A model generated the notes under the pieces. The model ran no database searches. It was not told where the DNA came from and saw only the letters and a list, made by a program, of their open reading frames with translations. A stretch of 64,000 bases of DNA, taken from Chiloscyllium plagiosum. Lineage: Eukaryota. This document shows, piece after piece, positions 50,302 through 62,724 of this stretch (position 1 is the first letter of the stretch; each line of letters starts with the position of its first letter). A program made the translations under genes and the position numbers. The stretch covers positions 8,987,728 through 9,051,727 of the forward strand of contig NC_057754.1 of NCBI RefSeq assembly GCF_004010195.1, written 5' to 3'.

Positions 50302-51433
50302 CTTATTTAGCAAACTGCTGTGCAGCACCTTGTCAAAAGCCTTCTTGAAACCCCATAAGTCACCTGCACTAGCTGTCCTTTGTCTAACTTGTTTGTTAAT
50401 TTCTCAAAAGATTTGTCAGGCATGACCTCCCCTTGACAAAGGCTGACTCAGCCCTATTTTATCATGCATTTCAAATACTCGGCAATGTCATCCTTAATAA
50501 TACTCTCAAATCTTACCAAGGTTAGGCTAACCAGCCATAGTTTCCCATTTTCTGCCACCCTTCCTTTTTAAAATAGGGATGTTTCATTAGCTATTTTCCA
50601 TTCCTGTGGAACCCTCCCTGCCTCCAGTGATTCCTGAAAGATCACCACCAATGCCTCCACAGGCTCCTCGGCAATCTCCTTCGGAACTCTGAGGTGTAGT
50701 CCATCTGGTCTGAGTGATTTGTCCACCTTCAGACCTTTCAGCTTCCCCAGCACCTTCTCCCTAGTGATGGCCACTATACTCGCCTCTTCTTCCTATGGTC
50801 AAAATGAAAAATCATTTAGGTTATGGTTTAAAAGAAGACAAAAATGAGAAGATATAAATGTGGAGTTTGGAGAGGTGCAGTCTACTGTGTTTCGCCAAAG
50901 AATATATTCCATCCATTTAGAGAGAGAGAGAGAGTGGATTTCCCAAAATTAGATAGAATCAAGATGCTGTGTAAGGCGAAAAGAAGTTAAACTACAGAAA
51001 AGATGTGAACAAAGTACCTACAGATATCTGATGGATTGTGCTGTGTCGGCAACACCTATACCACCACAAGGAGGTCATATTGCCCAGGACATAGCACGAA
51101 CTGCAACCAGTGCAGGCAAACATAGAGAATGAGAATGATCTATCTTTGATTTTAAGTATTTTTAAAGGCCTATCCGAGTGAAAGCCATAGTAGCAAAACA
51201 ATGAAGCAGTGTTAAGTCTGTTGGATTAAGTTTAAAATGGAAGCTTATATTGTTTAGAATCATTGTCTTACTTGCACAGTGCACCTATTTAATCATTATC
51301 GTGTTTGTTGTTTTGTTCAAGTTTGTACAATAAAGATTCTTTTGGTGTTTCAACTCAATCCTGATGACCTGCTGCTTCTTTTCTTACCCGTGGTTCTTCC
51401 ACACACTCTAATGTTGAAATGATTGTGGTCTAG

Positions 51434-51658
51434 AAAGTGGGGGGTGTGGTACTGGAAAGGCACAGCAAGTCAGGCAGCCTCCAAGGAGCAGGAGAGTCAA
51501 CGTCTCAAGCAAAAGCCCTTCATCAGCCCTTCCTGATGAAGGGCGTTTACCCAAAACGTCGACTGTCCTGCTCCTCAGATGCTGCCTGACCTGCTCTGCT
51601 TTTCCAACACCACACACTCGACTCTAATCTCCAACAGCTACAGTCCTCACTTTCGCCC
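51434..51658 (+). mobile_element. Penelope-derived hairpin element, family A
   Basis: Diverged inverted arms centred near 51530; 10-bp TSD TGTGGTCTAG (51424-51433, 51659-51668). Confidence 0.82.
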
Positions 51659-51754
51659 TGTGGTCTAGCAAGTCTAATTCTTGCAAAGTCTGGCTTATCC
51701 AGTATTTCTCACTGGGATTGTAAATCCTGATAAAACCTGAAAGCATTGTTTGGA

Positions 51755-52525
51755 GAATGTAGAGTCGTATAGCACAAAAGTAGACCCTTTGATCCAATCT
51801 GTCCATGTTGACCATAATCCCAAACTAAACTAGTCCCACCTGCCTGCACTTGACCCATAACTGTCCAAACATTTCTTTATTCATGTTTTTATCTAAATGT
51901 CTTTTAAATATTATAACTGTACCCACATCCTCTGGAAGGTCATTCCACATGCAAACCACACTCTGTAATAAAATCACCCATGTCTTTTTAAAATCTTTCT
52001 CCTCTCTCCTTAAAAAATGTCCTTTAGACTTGAAACCTCCCCACCCTAGAGAAATGCCATTCAGCTTATCTTTCCCCCTCATGATTTTATAAACCTCTTT
52101 CAGGTCACCCCCTCAAGCTCGTATGCTCCAGTGAAAAAAGTCCCAGCCTATCCAGCCTTTCCTTATAACTCAAACTCTCCATTCCCGGCAACGTCCTGAT
52201 AAATCTTTTCTGAACCCTCTCCAGCTTAATAATGTCCTTCCTATAACAGGGTGACCAGAACTGGACACAGTACTCCAGAAGAGGCCTCACCAATGTCCTG
52301 AACCACCTTAACAAGATATCCCGACTCCTTTACTCAAAGATCTGAACAATGAAGGCAAGAGTGCTAAATGCCTTCTTAACCATTCTGTCTATATATGATG
52401 CAACTTCAAAGAATTATGTACCTGAACCCCTTGGTGTCTCTATTCTACAACACTAATAATGCCCTGCTTTTAATTGTATAAGTCATGCCCTTGTTTGTTT
52501 CACCAAAATGTAATACTTTGCATTT
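51755..52525 (-). mobile_element. CR1 3' portion
   Basis: RTLVRPLLEYCVQFWSP...RLDRLGLFSLE. Confidence 0.88.
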
Positions 52526-52669
52526 GATCACCCTATTGCTGTCTTATGAAAAAAGATTCCTTAGCTGCTTGTTGGCTGACTAACATAGAGCAAGCCTGTT
52601 ATCTCTGGCCAGAACATATATCGAGCACAGACCCTGAAAAAAGATGTGTACTAGTGGAGATGATACTTG

Positions 52670-52998
52670 GGGTGGCACGGTGGCTCAATGATAAGCACTG
52701 CTGTCTCTCAGTGCCAGGGACCTGCGTTCGATTCCCGCCTCTGGTGAATGTCTGTGTGGAGTTTGCACATTCTCCCTGTGTCTGTGTGGGTTTCCTGCAG
52801 GTGCTCTGGTTCCCTCCCACAAACCAAAGATGTGCAAGTCAGGTGAATTGGCGATGCTAAACTGTCCACAGTGTTAGATGCATTATTCAGGGGTAAATAT
52901 AGGCTAGGGGAATGCATCCAGTTGGGTAGCTCTTTGGAGGCTTGGTGGGGACTTGTGGGGCCAAATGGCCTGTTTCCATACTGTAGGGAATCTAATTT
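52670..52998 (+). mobile_element. HE1-type SINE
   Basis: Similar to 24346-24664. Confidence 0.88.
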
Positions 52999-53924
52999 TT
53001 TGTATGTAATCCAACTGCCCACATGTAAAGCTCTAAACAAGCTCTGTGCAGAATTTATCATCTACTCGTTTGACATCGAGAGCAGGAAACCATTTTTAAA
53101 TTGCTGCTCCTTAACTAATTTACCTCCATGTCTGAACTTGACACTTCCCTTTTGAGTGATTTGTGACTACTGGAGCAAAACACTTACTGCTGCATGCAGT
53201 TCTGATGGTTATATTATGCAAAAGGATGTAGAGGCATTAGAGAGGGCACAGAGAAGAAGAATAGAGATAATGCTAGAAATGTGTGGGTTGACCTCTCAGG
53301 AAAGGAATTACAGGCTAGGTTCCTTCAGAAAAGAAGGCTGAAGGGGTGATTAAATAAATGTCTTAAGTTATGAAAAGTTGTGACAGTGGATATAGAGAAT
53401 GTGGACAAGGAAAAAGCACAATTAGAGACAACCAATATAAGATAATCGTCACGAAATCAGAAGGAATTTCTTTACCTAAGGAATGCTGACAATGTGGAGC
53501 TCACTACCACACAGTATGGTTAACGTGAACAGTGTTGATGTCATAGAGTCATAGAGATGTACAGCATGGAAACAGACCCTTTGGTCCAAAATGTCCATGC
53601 CAACCACGTGTTTAAGGGAAAGCTAGTTGAACATGAGAGAAGGGAGTAGAGGGTTACGATGTTAGATTGGGATGAGGATAAGTGATAGGAGGCTTGTTTG
53701 TAGAATAAACAGCAGCACGTGTGTCAAGTGGTGTGTTTCTGTTTCATGGATCCAATCCAATTACACTCCTGGATGATCCAGCTCCAAATTTTAGTGGTAT
53801 ATTTTCCTAAACTTCCAGGTAAGTGAGTATATCAAAGAATTGCCCTCTATTCCCCTGAACCTGTTCCGTTCTGCTGTGAACTGCTATTAATCAGTTCCCA
53901 GCTCCCTTCATTTCTAAAGAAAAG

Positions 53925-54262
53925 TCATAGTCATACAGCACAGTCCAACCAGTCCATGCCGAACATAATCCGAAACTAAATTAGTCCCACCCGCCGGCTC
54001 CTGGCACGTATCCCTCCAAGCCTTTCCTATTCATGTACTCATCCAAATGTCTTTTAAATACTGGAATTGTATCCACATTCACCACTTCATCAGGAAGTTC
54101 ATTCCACATGCAAACCAACCCTCTTTGTAAACAATTTGCCCCTCCTCTTTTTTTAAATCTCTCTCCTCTCACCTAAAAAATGTGTCCCCAATCTTGATAT
54201 CCCCCATGCTAGGGAAAAGATGACCACCATTAACTCTATCTACACCCCTCACTATTTTATTT
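53925..54262 (-). mobile_element. CR1 3' tail
   Basis: WNELPDEVV...FKRHLDEYM. Confidence 0.8.
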
Positions 54263-54346
54263 ATTGTACTCAAAACATTAACTTTGTTTCTTTCTGTACA
54301 GAGGCTGTTGGACCGGTTGAGTTTTTCAGCAATTTTTGTCTTTATT

Positions 54347-55830
54347 ATGTTCCCTGGCTACTATCATGGATCGCAGGGGTGATGCACTGGAAATCTCACT
54401 CTGCTATTCCCGAAGTCATCACAGAAATTAAAAAGTTTATCAAAGTTTGTAAAAGTCCTGATTTACTTGTCAGATGGAACCAGTCTTACAGAAACACAGA
54501 TCAGGTTCCTGTACTTAACAAGAATGAGGATTTATAATAGATAAATAGATTCTAACCACACAAACAACAATGACGTCTCCATGTGGAATGCTATTTGTTA
54601 AATCTCCAACCCCTCCCACAAACACACCCACATACGCACAAATAAACAGGAAAGGTTTAGAGGGATATAAACTAAATGCTGGCGAATGGGACTAGATTAA
54701 TTTAGGATATCTGGTCGACATCTGGAGTTGAATCGAAAGGTCTGTTTCCATGCTGTACAACTCCATGACTGTACACGGGCAGAAAAGAAGACATTGATGT
54801 TACGGCGGAAGGATAAAAAGCTGAGAAGACAGTTCACTGAGATGATGCTTTTGCTTGCCAAGATTTTCTGTTCCTCAATCTTTTTTTCCAGGTTCTTTTC
54901 GCTTCTTCATAGAAGACACAAACAAATGGACCCCCTCACTGCAAAGTTATTGCTTCAAGATGACAGCTCATGGCAACTGTAGGGGAGTGTTATGACAACA
55001 GTTTTCTTCAGGTTTTAGGTATTTTGCTGGAGAGAAAGGAACACTCCCCTGTAGTGGTTGAAAAGGCTTCTGCCGGCCTTATTCAGACACGCAAGTTGTT
55101 CAGCTATCCAGGAACCGATCAGAACACAATGTCTGGCTAATGGCCTTTCTGATCCATAACTGGTCAGAACTCCACAAACCAATCAGTGACCAGTTGCTAG
55201 CCAAATCTTGAACTTGGTGCCAGTCAGTAGACAAACAGCCACCACTGCACTGCTTGGACAAAGCAGTAAGCAAGACTTACAATGAGTTTCAGTAACTTGC
55301 TTTTAAAAAGTGGAGCAGTTCTTTCCACAATCCCTGTTGCAAGTACTCCTGTGACCCATTTCAGTTTATTACCAAAAATGCAAAGAAATGAAAAGGTAAG
55401 GTTTTTATGTACTTCCACCTTTATAAGATGAAACACCATTTTAAAATTGTTTCACCACAAGATATATGATGCACAAACAAGAAAACATTAGGCTAAATCC
55501 ATTGATTCTTGTTCTCCACTCTTCCCTCCTCTCTCATCCTTATAAAATCAGATTTCTTAAGTCTTTAACTTAATCCATCATATTACACATGAGATAATGC
55601 ACCTGCAATTACATTATCTCTTCCAGCAATGTGAATGTTCTTTACATTATATGGTTGAAACAAAATACTCCATCTGAATAGCCTCACATTTGTGTTTTCA
55701 ATGAATGCCATTGGGTTATGGTCAGTACTGAGTAAATTACTCTGGCTGTTGTAAACTCTTGTTTTGGTTGAATTTATTATAGCCCCCAAACTGTAGTTGT
55801 TGAAACAGGTCTTTTGCTTGTCCCGTGTTA
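54347..55830 (-). mobile_element. Gypsy LTR retrotransposon 3' remnant (RNase H end, PPT, probable 3' LTR)
   Basis: TDHNPM...RLFRWSILFQPYN...HIAGRDNVIAGALS* at 55583-55789; purine tract AAAGGTGGAAG near 55412-55422; LTR limits uncertain. Confidence 0.7.
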
Positions 55831-56481
55831 CTAAATATTATGACCTAGAGTCTGTTTTTATGCTGTATAACTCTCTCATATCGACCAGGTACCTTAAACT
55901 GAACTCGTACCATTTGCCTGCTTTTGGCCCATATCCCTTTTTAACCTTTCCTATTCATGTACCTGTCCAAATATCTTTCAAATGTTGTAATTATATCTAA
56001 CTTCTACCACTTCCTCTGGCAGCCCATTCCATATAAGCACCACCTCTATGTGAAAAAGTTGCCCTTCAGGTCCCTTTTAAGTCTTTCCCCTCTCAATGTA
56101 AACCTATGCCCTTTAGTTTTGGACTCCACATCTTATAATAAACTACACAGGTGCAGGTATAATGTGATCCACAAGTCTCTGGAATATAGCTGAAGCATTC
56201 TTTAACCCTTGATATAACCCATTTGGTGTAATGAAAGCAGATATTTCTTTAGCTAATCGCATTAGTGGTACTTACCTGTATCCCTTCAGTAGAATAAGCT
56301 TAGAAAGGAATGAGACACTGCTCACCTTGTTAATTGCCATCCAACTGTGGAATTGAACATGAATCTGATTTTATGACCACATTTACCTTTCTATAATCTA
56401 TAGAGGATATACTTGACAATCCAGTTGAAGAACTAACAAAACTAGTAAAGTCCAGCTGCTTTGACTCAATTCAATCAAATG

Positions 56482-57132
56482 GTTAGGTGAGAGTGAGGAT
56501 TACAGGTGCTGGAGATTAGAATCAAGAGTGTGGTGCTGGAAAAGCACAGCAGATCAGGCAGCAGCTGAGGAGCAGGAAAATCGACATTTTGGGCAGAAGC
56601 CTTCATCAGGAATGAGACTGGGAGCCTCAGGTGAAGAGATAAATAGGAGGGGGGGTGGGGCTGGGGCAAGGGAGCTGAGATGATGATAGGTCAGAGGGTA
56701 AGGTGGAGCGGATAGTGGGAAGGAAGATGGACAGTTAGGACAGGCCATAAGGGCGGTGCTGAGCTGGAAGTTTGCAACTGGGATAAGGTCGAGGGAGGGG
56801 AAATGAGGTAACTGGTGAAATCCACATTGATGCCATGGGGTTGGAGGGTCCTGAGGCAAAAGATGAGGTGTTCTTCCTCCAGGTGTCAGGTGGTAAGGGA
56901 GTGGCGATGGAGGAGGCACAGAACCTATATGTCCCTGGCGGAGTGGGAGGGGGAGTTGAAGTGTTCAGCCACGGGCAGTGGGATTGGTTGGTGCAGATGT
57001 CGTGGAAATGTTCTCTGAAGCATTCAGTGAGTAGGTGTCCTGTCTCCCCAATGTAGAGGAGACCGCATTGGGATTGATTTTCCTGCTCCTCGATTTTCCT
57101 GCTCCTCGGATGCTGCCTGACCTGCTGTGCTT
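56482..57132 (-). mobile_element. Penelope-like family A insertion with GIY-YIG fragment and inverted 5' piece
   Basis: 12-bp TSD TTCAATCAAATG (56470-56481, 57133-57144); minus strand GLLYIGETG...HFNSPS; inverted pLTR piece at 57075-57132. Confidence 0.85.
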
Positions 57133-57189
57133 TTCAATCAAATGATTTTCTTAATATTCACCTGAGCTTGGTTTTCTGGGCTGAAATGC

Positions 57190-58598
57190 TAAGAATGCAG
57201 CACTTCACATTTATCTGAATTAAATTCCATCTGTCCTCTGAGGTAACCTTCTTCACTGTCCACTCCACCACCAATTTTGGTGTCATTTGCAAACTTACTA
57301 ACCATTCCTCCTATGTTTACATCCAAATCATTTACATAAATGATGAAAAGCAGTGGAGCTAGCACCAATCCTTGTGGCACACCACTGCTCATAGGCCTCC
57401 AGTCTGAAAAGCAACCCTCCACCACTACCCTCTGTCTTCTACCTTCGAGCCAGTTCTGTGTCCAAATAGCTAGTTTTTTTTAGATTAGATTACTTACAGT
57501 GTGGAAACAGGCCCTTCGGCCCAACAAGTCCACACCGACCCGCTGAAGAGTAACCCACCCATTCCCGTACATTTACCCCTTTACCTAACACTACGGGCAA
57601 TTTAGCATGGCCAATTCACCTGACGTGCACATCTTTGGACTGTGGGAGGAAACCGGAGCACCCGGAGGAAACCCACGCAGACACAGGGAGAATGTGCAAA
57701 CTCCACACAGTCAGTCACCTGAGTCGGGAATTGAACCCGGATCTCTGGCGCTGTGAGTTCTCCCTCTATTCCATGTGATCTAACCTTAATAACTAGTCTA
57801 CCATGAGGACCCTTATCGAACGCTGTACTGAAGTCCATGTAGATCATGTCCACTGCTGTGCCTTCATCAATCCTCTTCATTACTTCTTCAAAAAAACTGT
57901 TAAGTTAGTGAGACATGATTTCCCACGTTGTCTATCCCTAATCAACCCTTGCCTTTCCAAATACATGTAAATCTGGTCCTTCAGGATTCCCTCCAACAAC
58001 TTCCCCACCACCGATGTCAGGTTCACCAGTCTTTGTGGCTTTTCTTTACCATATTTCTTGAATAGTGGCAGCACATTACCCAACCTCCAGTCTTCTGGCG
58101 TCTCACCTGTGGCTTTTGATGATACAAATATCTCAATAAGGGGTCCAGGAATCACTTCCCTAGCTACCCACAAAGTTTGGGGGTACATCTGATCAGGTCC
58201 TGGGGATTTATCCACCTTTATGTATTTCAAATCATCCAGCAACTCCTCCTCCGTAATATGGAAATTTTTCAACATCTATTTCCATCTATTTCCTCACATT
58301 CTATACCTTCCATGTCCTTCTCTATAGTAAACACTGATGCAAAATATTCATTTAATATCTCTCCCATGTCCTGTGGTTCCACACACAGGTGGCCTATGCT
58401 CTCCTAGTTACTCCTTTGTCCTTAATGTATTTATAGAATCCCTTTGGATTCTCCTTAACCCTATTGAACAAAGCTATCTCATGTCCCCTTTTTGCCACCC
58501 TCATTTCCCTTTTAAGTGTATGTCTACTGCCTTTAAACTTTTCCAGAGATTCACTCGATCCCTCGATACCTGACATTTGCTTCCTTCTTTGTCTTTAC
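57190..58598 (-). mobile_element. CR1 ORF2 fragment
   Basis: DKSPGPDQMYP, YMDFSTAFDK, SGVPQG...KFANDTK. Confidence 0.88.
57481..57755 (-). mobile_element. HE1-type SINE inserted in CR1
   Basis: 5'-truncated copy splitting the CR1 frame. Confidence 0.88.
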
Positions 58599-58769
58599 CT
58601 CTGCAGTTCTCTGTAGTCTTTCAGCCATTTAACTAATGATCAGCTCACTCATTTAGTCTGTCTACATCCCTTGATGGATTCATTGTGTCATCCTCACCAA
58701 TTGTCTTCCCACCTATTTTTGTGCCAGAAGGAAAGTTGGCAATAGCACATTCAGAGCGAGCATATGCTT

Positions 58770-59625
58770 TTTTTTTTATTCACTCATGGGAATGTGATCA
58801 TTGCTGGCTGGGCCAACATTTGTTGCACAACCCTAGTTGCCCTTGAAAAAAGGTGGTGCTGAGCTGCCTCTTGAATTGCTGCTGTCCACTTAGTGTGGAC
58901 TGCCCCACAATACCATTAGGAAGGGAATTCCAGGCTTTTGACCCAGTGACAGTGAAAAAATTATGATATATTTCCAAGTCAGGATAGTGAATGGCTTGGA
59001 GGGGAATTTGAAGGTGGTGGTGTTCCCAAGCATCTGCTGCCCTTGTCCTTCTAAATGGAAGTGGTTGTGGATTTGGAAGGTGCTGCCTTATAGAGAGTAC
59101 ACACTGCTGCTACTGAACATAGATGCTGAAGGGAGTGGGTGCTTATAGATGTAGTGCCAATCAAGCGGGCTGCTTTGTCCTCAATGATGTCAAGCATCTT
59201 GAGTGTCATTGGAGTTGCAGTCATCCAGGCAAGTGGGGAATATTCCATCACATTCATGACTTGTGCTTTGTAGATGGTGGACAAGCTCTGGAGAGTCAGG
59301 AGTATTTACCTGCCTTATTTCCTAGCCTCTTCCTGCTTTTGTAGCCACTGTGAGTGCAGTAGAGTTTCTGGTCAATGATAACACCCAAAATGTTGATAGT
59401 GGGGGATTCATTGATGGTAACACCATTAAATGTCAAGGGGCAGCGGGTACATTGTCTCTTATTGGCGATAATCATAGCCTGGAGTTGTGTGACATGAATG
59501 TTACTTGCCACTTATCGGCCCAAGCCTGGATATTGTCTAGACCTTGTTGCATTTGAATATGGACTGCTTCACTAACTGGGGAATTGCGAATGGTGCTGAA
59601 CATAGTGCAATCATCGGCGAATATC
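58770..59625 (-). mobile_element. Divergent CR1/L2-group LINE 3' end
   Basis: TIYKAQV..VMEYSPLAW...DKAARLIG; tail shared with short copies at about 14910, 25655 and 44230. Confidence 0.7.
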
Positions 59626-59759
59626 CATAATACTTGATTGTGCGTCTTCTGGAAATCCAGTATATTACATTTATTAGTTCCCCGTTATCCATCCTGTTGG
59701 TTACCTCCCGAAGGAAATGTAAAAAAATTGTCAGGCACGATTTTCCCTGAAGAAAAACC

Positions 59760-60045
59760 CGAGACCCAGATTCAATTCTACCCCTGAACGACTGTGTGTG
59801 GGGTTTGCACATCCTTCCTGTGTATGAGTGAGTTTCCTCCGATTTTTGCCCACAGTCCAAAGATGTGCAGGTTAGGTGGATTGGCCATGCTAAATTGCAC
59901 ATAGTATCAAGAGATGTGTAGGTTAGGTGGATTAGCTATGGGTATGAAGGGTTACAGGGATAGGATAGAAAGGATGGGTCTGGGTGAGTTGGTATAGACA
60001 TGATGGGCTGAATGGCCTACTTCCACACTGTAGGGATTCTATGAT
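59760..60045 (+). mobile_element. HE1-type SINE, 5'-truncated
   Basis: V-domain and tail. Confidence 0.8.
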
Positions 60046-60658
60046 TAAAGCCATGTTTGCTCTGTTTGATTTTATTATTATTTCAAAATGCACTGATATT
60101 ACAAACTGTATAATTGACTCTGGCTTTTCCCAATGACAGATGTCAAGCTAACTGGCTTATAGTTGCCTGTTTTTTTGTCTCCCTTCCTTGTGTTACTTTA
60201 GCAGTTTTAAAATCCAGTGAGCGTTTTCTTGAATCTAAGGATTATGCAAGATTAGTACTAACACACCCACTATCTTTGCAGCTAATTCTTTTAAACTCCT
60301 CAGATGCAACCCATCAAGGCTTAGTGTTTATAGGAGCTCTTACTATATGTTGAGTTTTTATAGTATTTGCCAGTTTGCCCTGATAGTTTATTTTCTCCCT
60401 CTTTTGTTTTGGTCACCTTTGGTTGGTTCTGACAACTGGCCAATCATGCAATCCCTACAGCACCATAGAGGCCGTTCAGCCCATTGAGTTTGCACTGACC
60501 TTCTGAACAGCGTCCCACCCTATCTCCGTAATCTCCTATTCTCTCATCATTTTATAATTCTGTTTCTCTCCGACATACTGAGGACTTCCAAACATTTCCC
60601 AATTTAATTTTTGACTTCCAGCTTTGTTTTTGCCTTTCTATTAATTACATACTTTGTG

Positions 60659-62268
60659 GAGAAAGTGAGGTCTGAAGATGCTGGAGATCAGAGCTGAAAA
60701 TGTGTTGCTGGAAAAGCGCAGCAGGTCAGGCAGCATCCAGGGAACAGGAGAATCGACGTTTCGGGCATAAGCCCTTCTTCAGGAATGAGGAAAGTTGGTC
60801 CAGCAGGCTAAGATAAAAGGTAGGGAGGAGGGACTTGGGGGAGGGGCGTCGTAAATGTGATAGGTGGAAAGAGGTCAAGGTGAGGGTGATAGGTCAGACT
60901 GGGGTGGGGGCGGAGAGGTCGGGAAGAAGATTGCAGGTTAGGAAGGCGGTGCTGAATTTGATGGATTTGACTGAGACAGGCTGGGGGGAGGGGAAATGAG
61001 GAAACTGGTGAAACCCGAGTTCATCCCTTGTGGTTGGAGGATTCCTAGCCGGAAGATGAGGCGTTCCACCTCCAACCGTCATTTCGCTGTGGTCTGACGA
61101 TGGAGGAATCCAAAGACCTGCATATCCTTGGTGGAGGGGGAGGGGGAATTGAAATGTTGAGCTACAGGGTGGTTGGGCTGGTTGGTCCGGGTGTCCCAGA
61201 GGTGTTCTCTGAAACGCTCCGCAAGTAGCCGGCCTGCCTCCCCAATATAGAGGAGGCCACATCGGGTGCAAAGGATATCCTCTTCGTAGGATATGTGGAA
61301 CAATCCATCTTCCGCAACTACACTGGCCCCACCCCCCACCTTTTCCTCCGCTACATCGATGACTGTATCGGCNNNNNNNNNNNNNNNNNNNNNNNNNNNN
61401 NNNNNNNNNNNNNNNNNNNNNNNNNNNNNNNNNNNNNNNNNNNNNNNNNNNNNNNNNNNNNNNNNNNNNNNNNNNNNNNNNNNNNNNNNNNNNNNNNNNN
61501 NNNNNNNNNNNNNNNNNNNNNNNNNNNNNNNNNNNNNNNNNNNNNNNNNNNNNNNNNNNNNNNNNNNNNNNNNNNNNNNNNNNNNNNNNNNNNNNNNNNN
61601 NNNNNNNNNNNNNNNNNNNNNNNNNNNNNNNNNNNNNNNNNNNNNNNNNNNNNNNNNNNNNNNNNNNNNNNNNNNNNNNNNNNNNNNNNNNNNNNNNNNN
61701 NNNNNNNNNNNNNNNNNNNNNNNNNNNNNNNNNNNNNNNNNNNNNNNNNNNNNNNNNNNNNNNNNNNNNNNNNNNNNNNNNNNNNNNNNNNNNNNNNNNN
61801 NNNNNNNNNNNNNNNNNNNNNNNNNNNNNNNNNNNNNNNNNNNNNNNNNNNNNNNNNNNNNNNNNNNNNNNNNNNNNNNNNNNNNNNNNNNNNNNNNNNN
61901 NNNNNNNNNNNNNNNNNNNNNNNNNNNNNNNNNNNNNNNNNNNNNNNNNNNNNNNNNNNNNNNNNNNNNNNNNNNNNNNNNNNNNNNNNNNNNNNNNNNN
62001 NNNNNNNNNNNCGGGAAGTGGAAGAGATGCGGTGGAGGGCATCGTCGACCACGTCGGGGGGGAAATTGCGGTCCTTGAAGAAGGAAGTGGAGGGCTTTGA
62101 GTCCTTCGTGATGGGGGATGGAGGTGTACAGGGACTGGATGTCCATGGTGAAAATAAGGCGTTGGGGACCGGGGAAGCGAAAATCATGGAGCAGGTGGAG
62201 GGCATGGGTGGTGTCCCGAACGTAGGTGGGGAGTTCTTGGACTAAGGGGGACAGGACGGTGTCAAGGT
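60659..62268 (-). mobile_element. Young Penelope-like element (RT and GIY-YIG), rearranged, contains a gap
   Basis: CTRCGLLYIGEAGR...FREH (GIY-YIG), FTMDIQSLYTSIPH (RT motif A); plus-strand piece FLRYIDD at 61278-61372. Confidence 0.9.
60755..60782 (-). ncRNA. Minimal type-I hammerhead ribozyme core
   Basis: CUGAAGA-A-GGGC-UUAU-GCCC-GAAAC-GUC; palindromic ACGU helix III; helix I weak. Confidence 0.65.
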
Positions 62269-62724
62269 GACAGTGTGCTGTATAACTGTATGGCAGCAGC
62301 TTCAGGAGAGAACATTACTCGTAATGAATGTAGCACTGGACCAGTCAGTCAGGTAAAACTGGTAATTTCAGGTCATTGGTACTAGGTCAAGTGAAAAGCT
62401 GATCGATTCTCAGAAAAAAAATCCTATACTCAAAAGATGGATAGACTGAAGCACAACTCTTTTTGAGGTGTAAGAGATGACAGGGGGCAGAGGAAAGGTC
62501 AGTAGCAAGGGGCTGACATTGCAATGCGAAAGGCAAGAGAGTTGGAGAGGATTTGAGACAGTGTTTTTATCACTCAGACAAGCCAAGAAAACAAGACGTC
62601 CTTATGTGTCGTGGATTAATATGTTCTTGTTTCCCCAGCCAGGGAGTAAGCTATCCATTTTCTTCTGGATGTTAGTGCCTCTCCCTTTCTCAGTACCTGT
62701 CCTCCACCCTGTCCTCCTGCAGTC

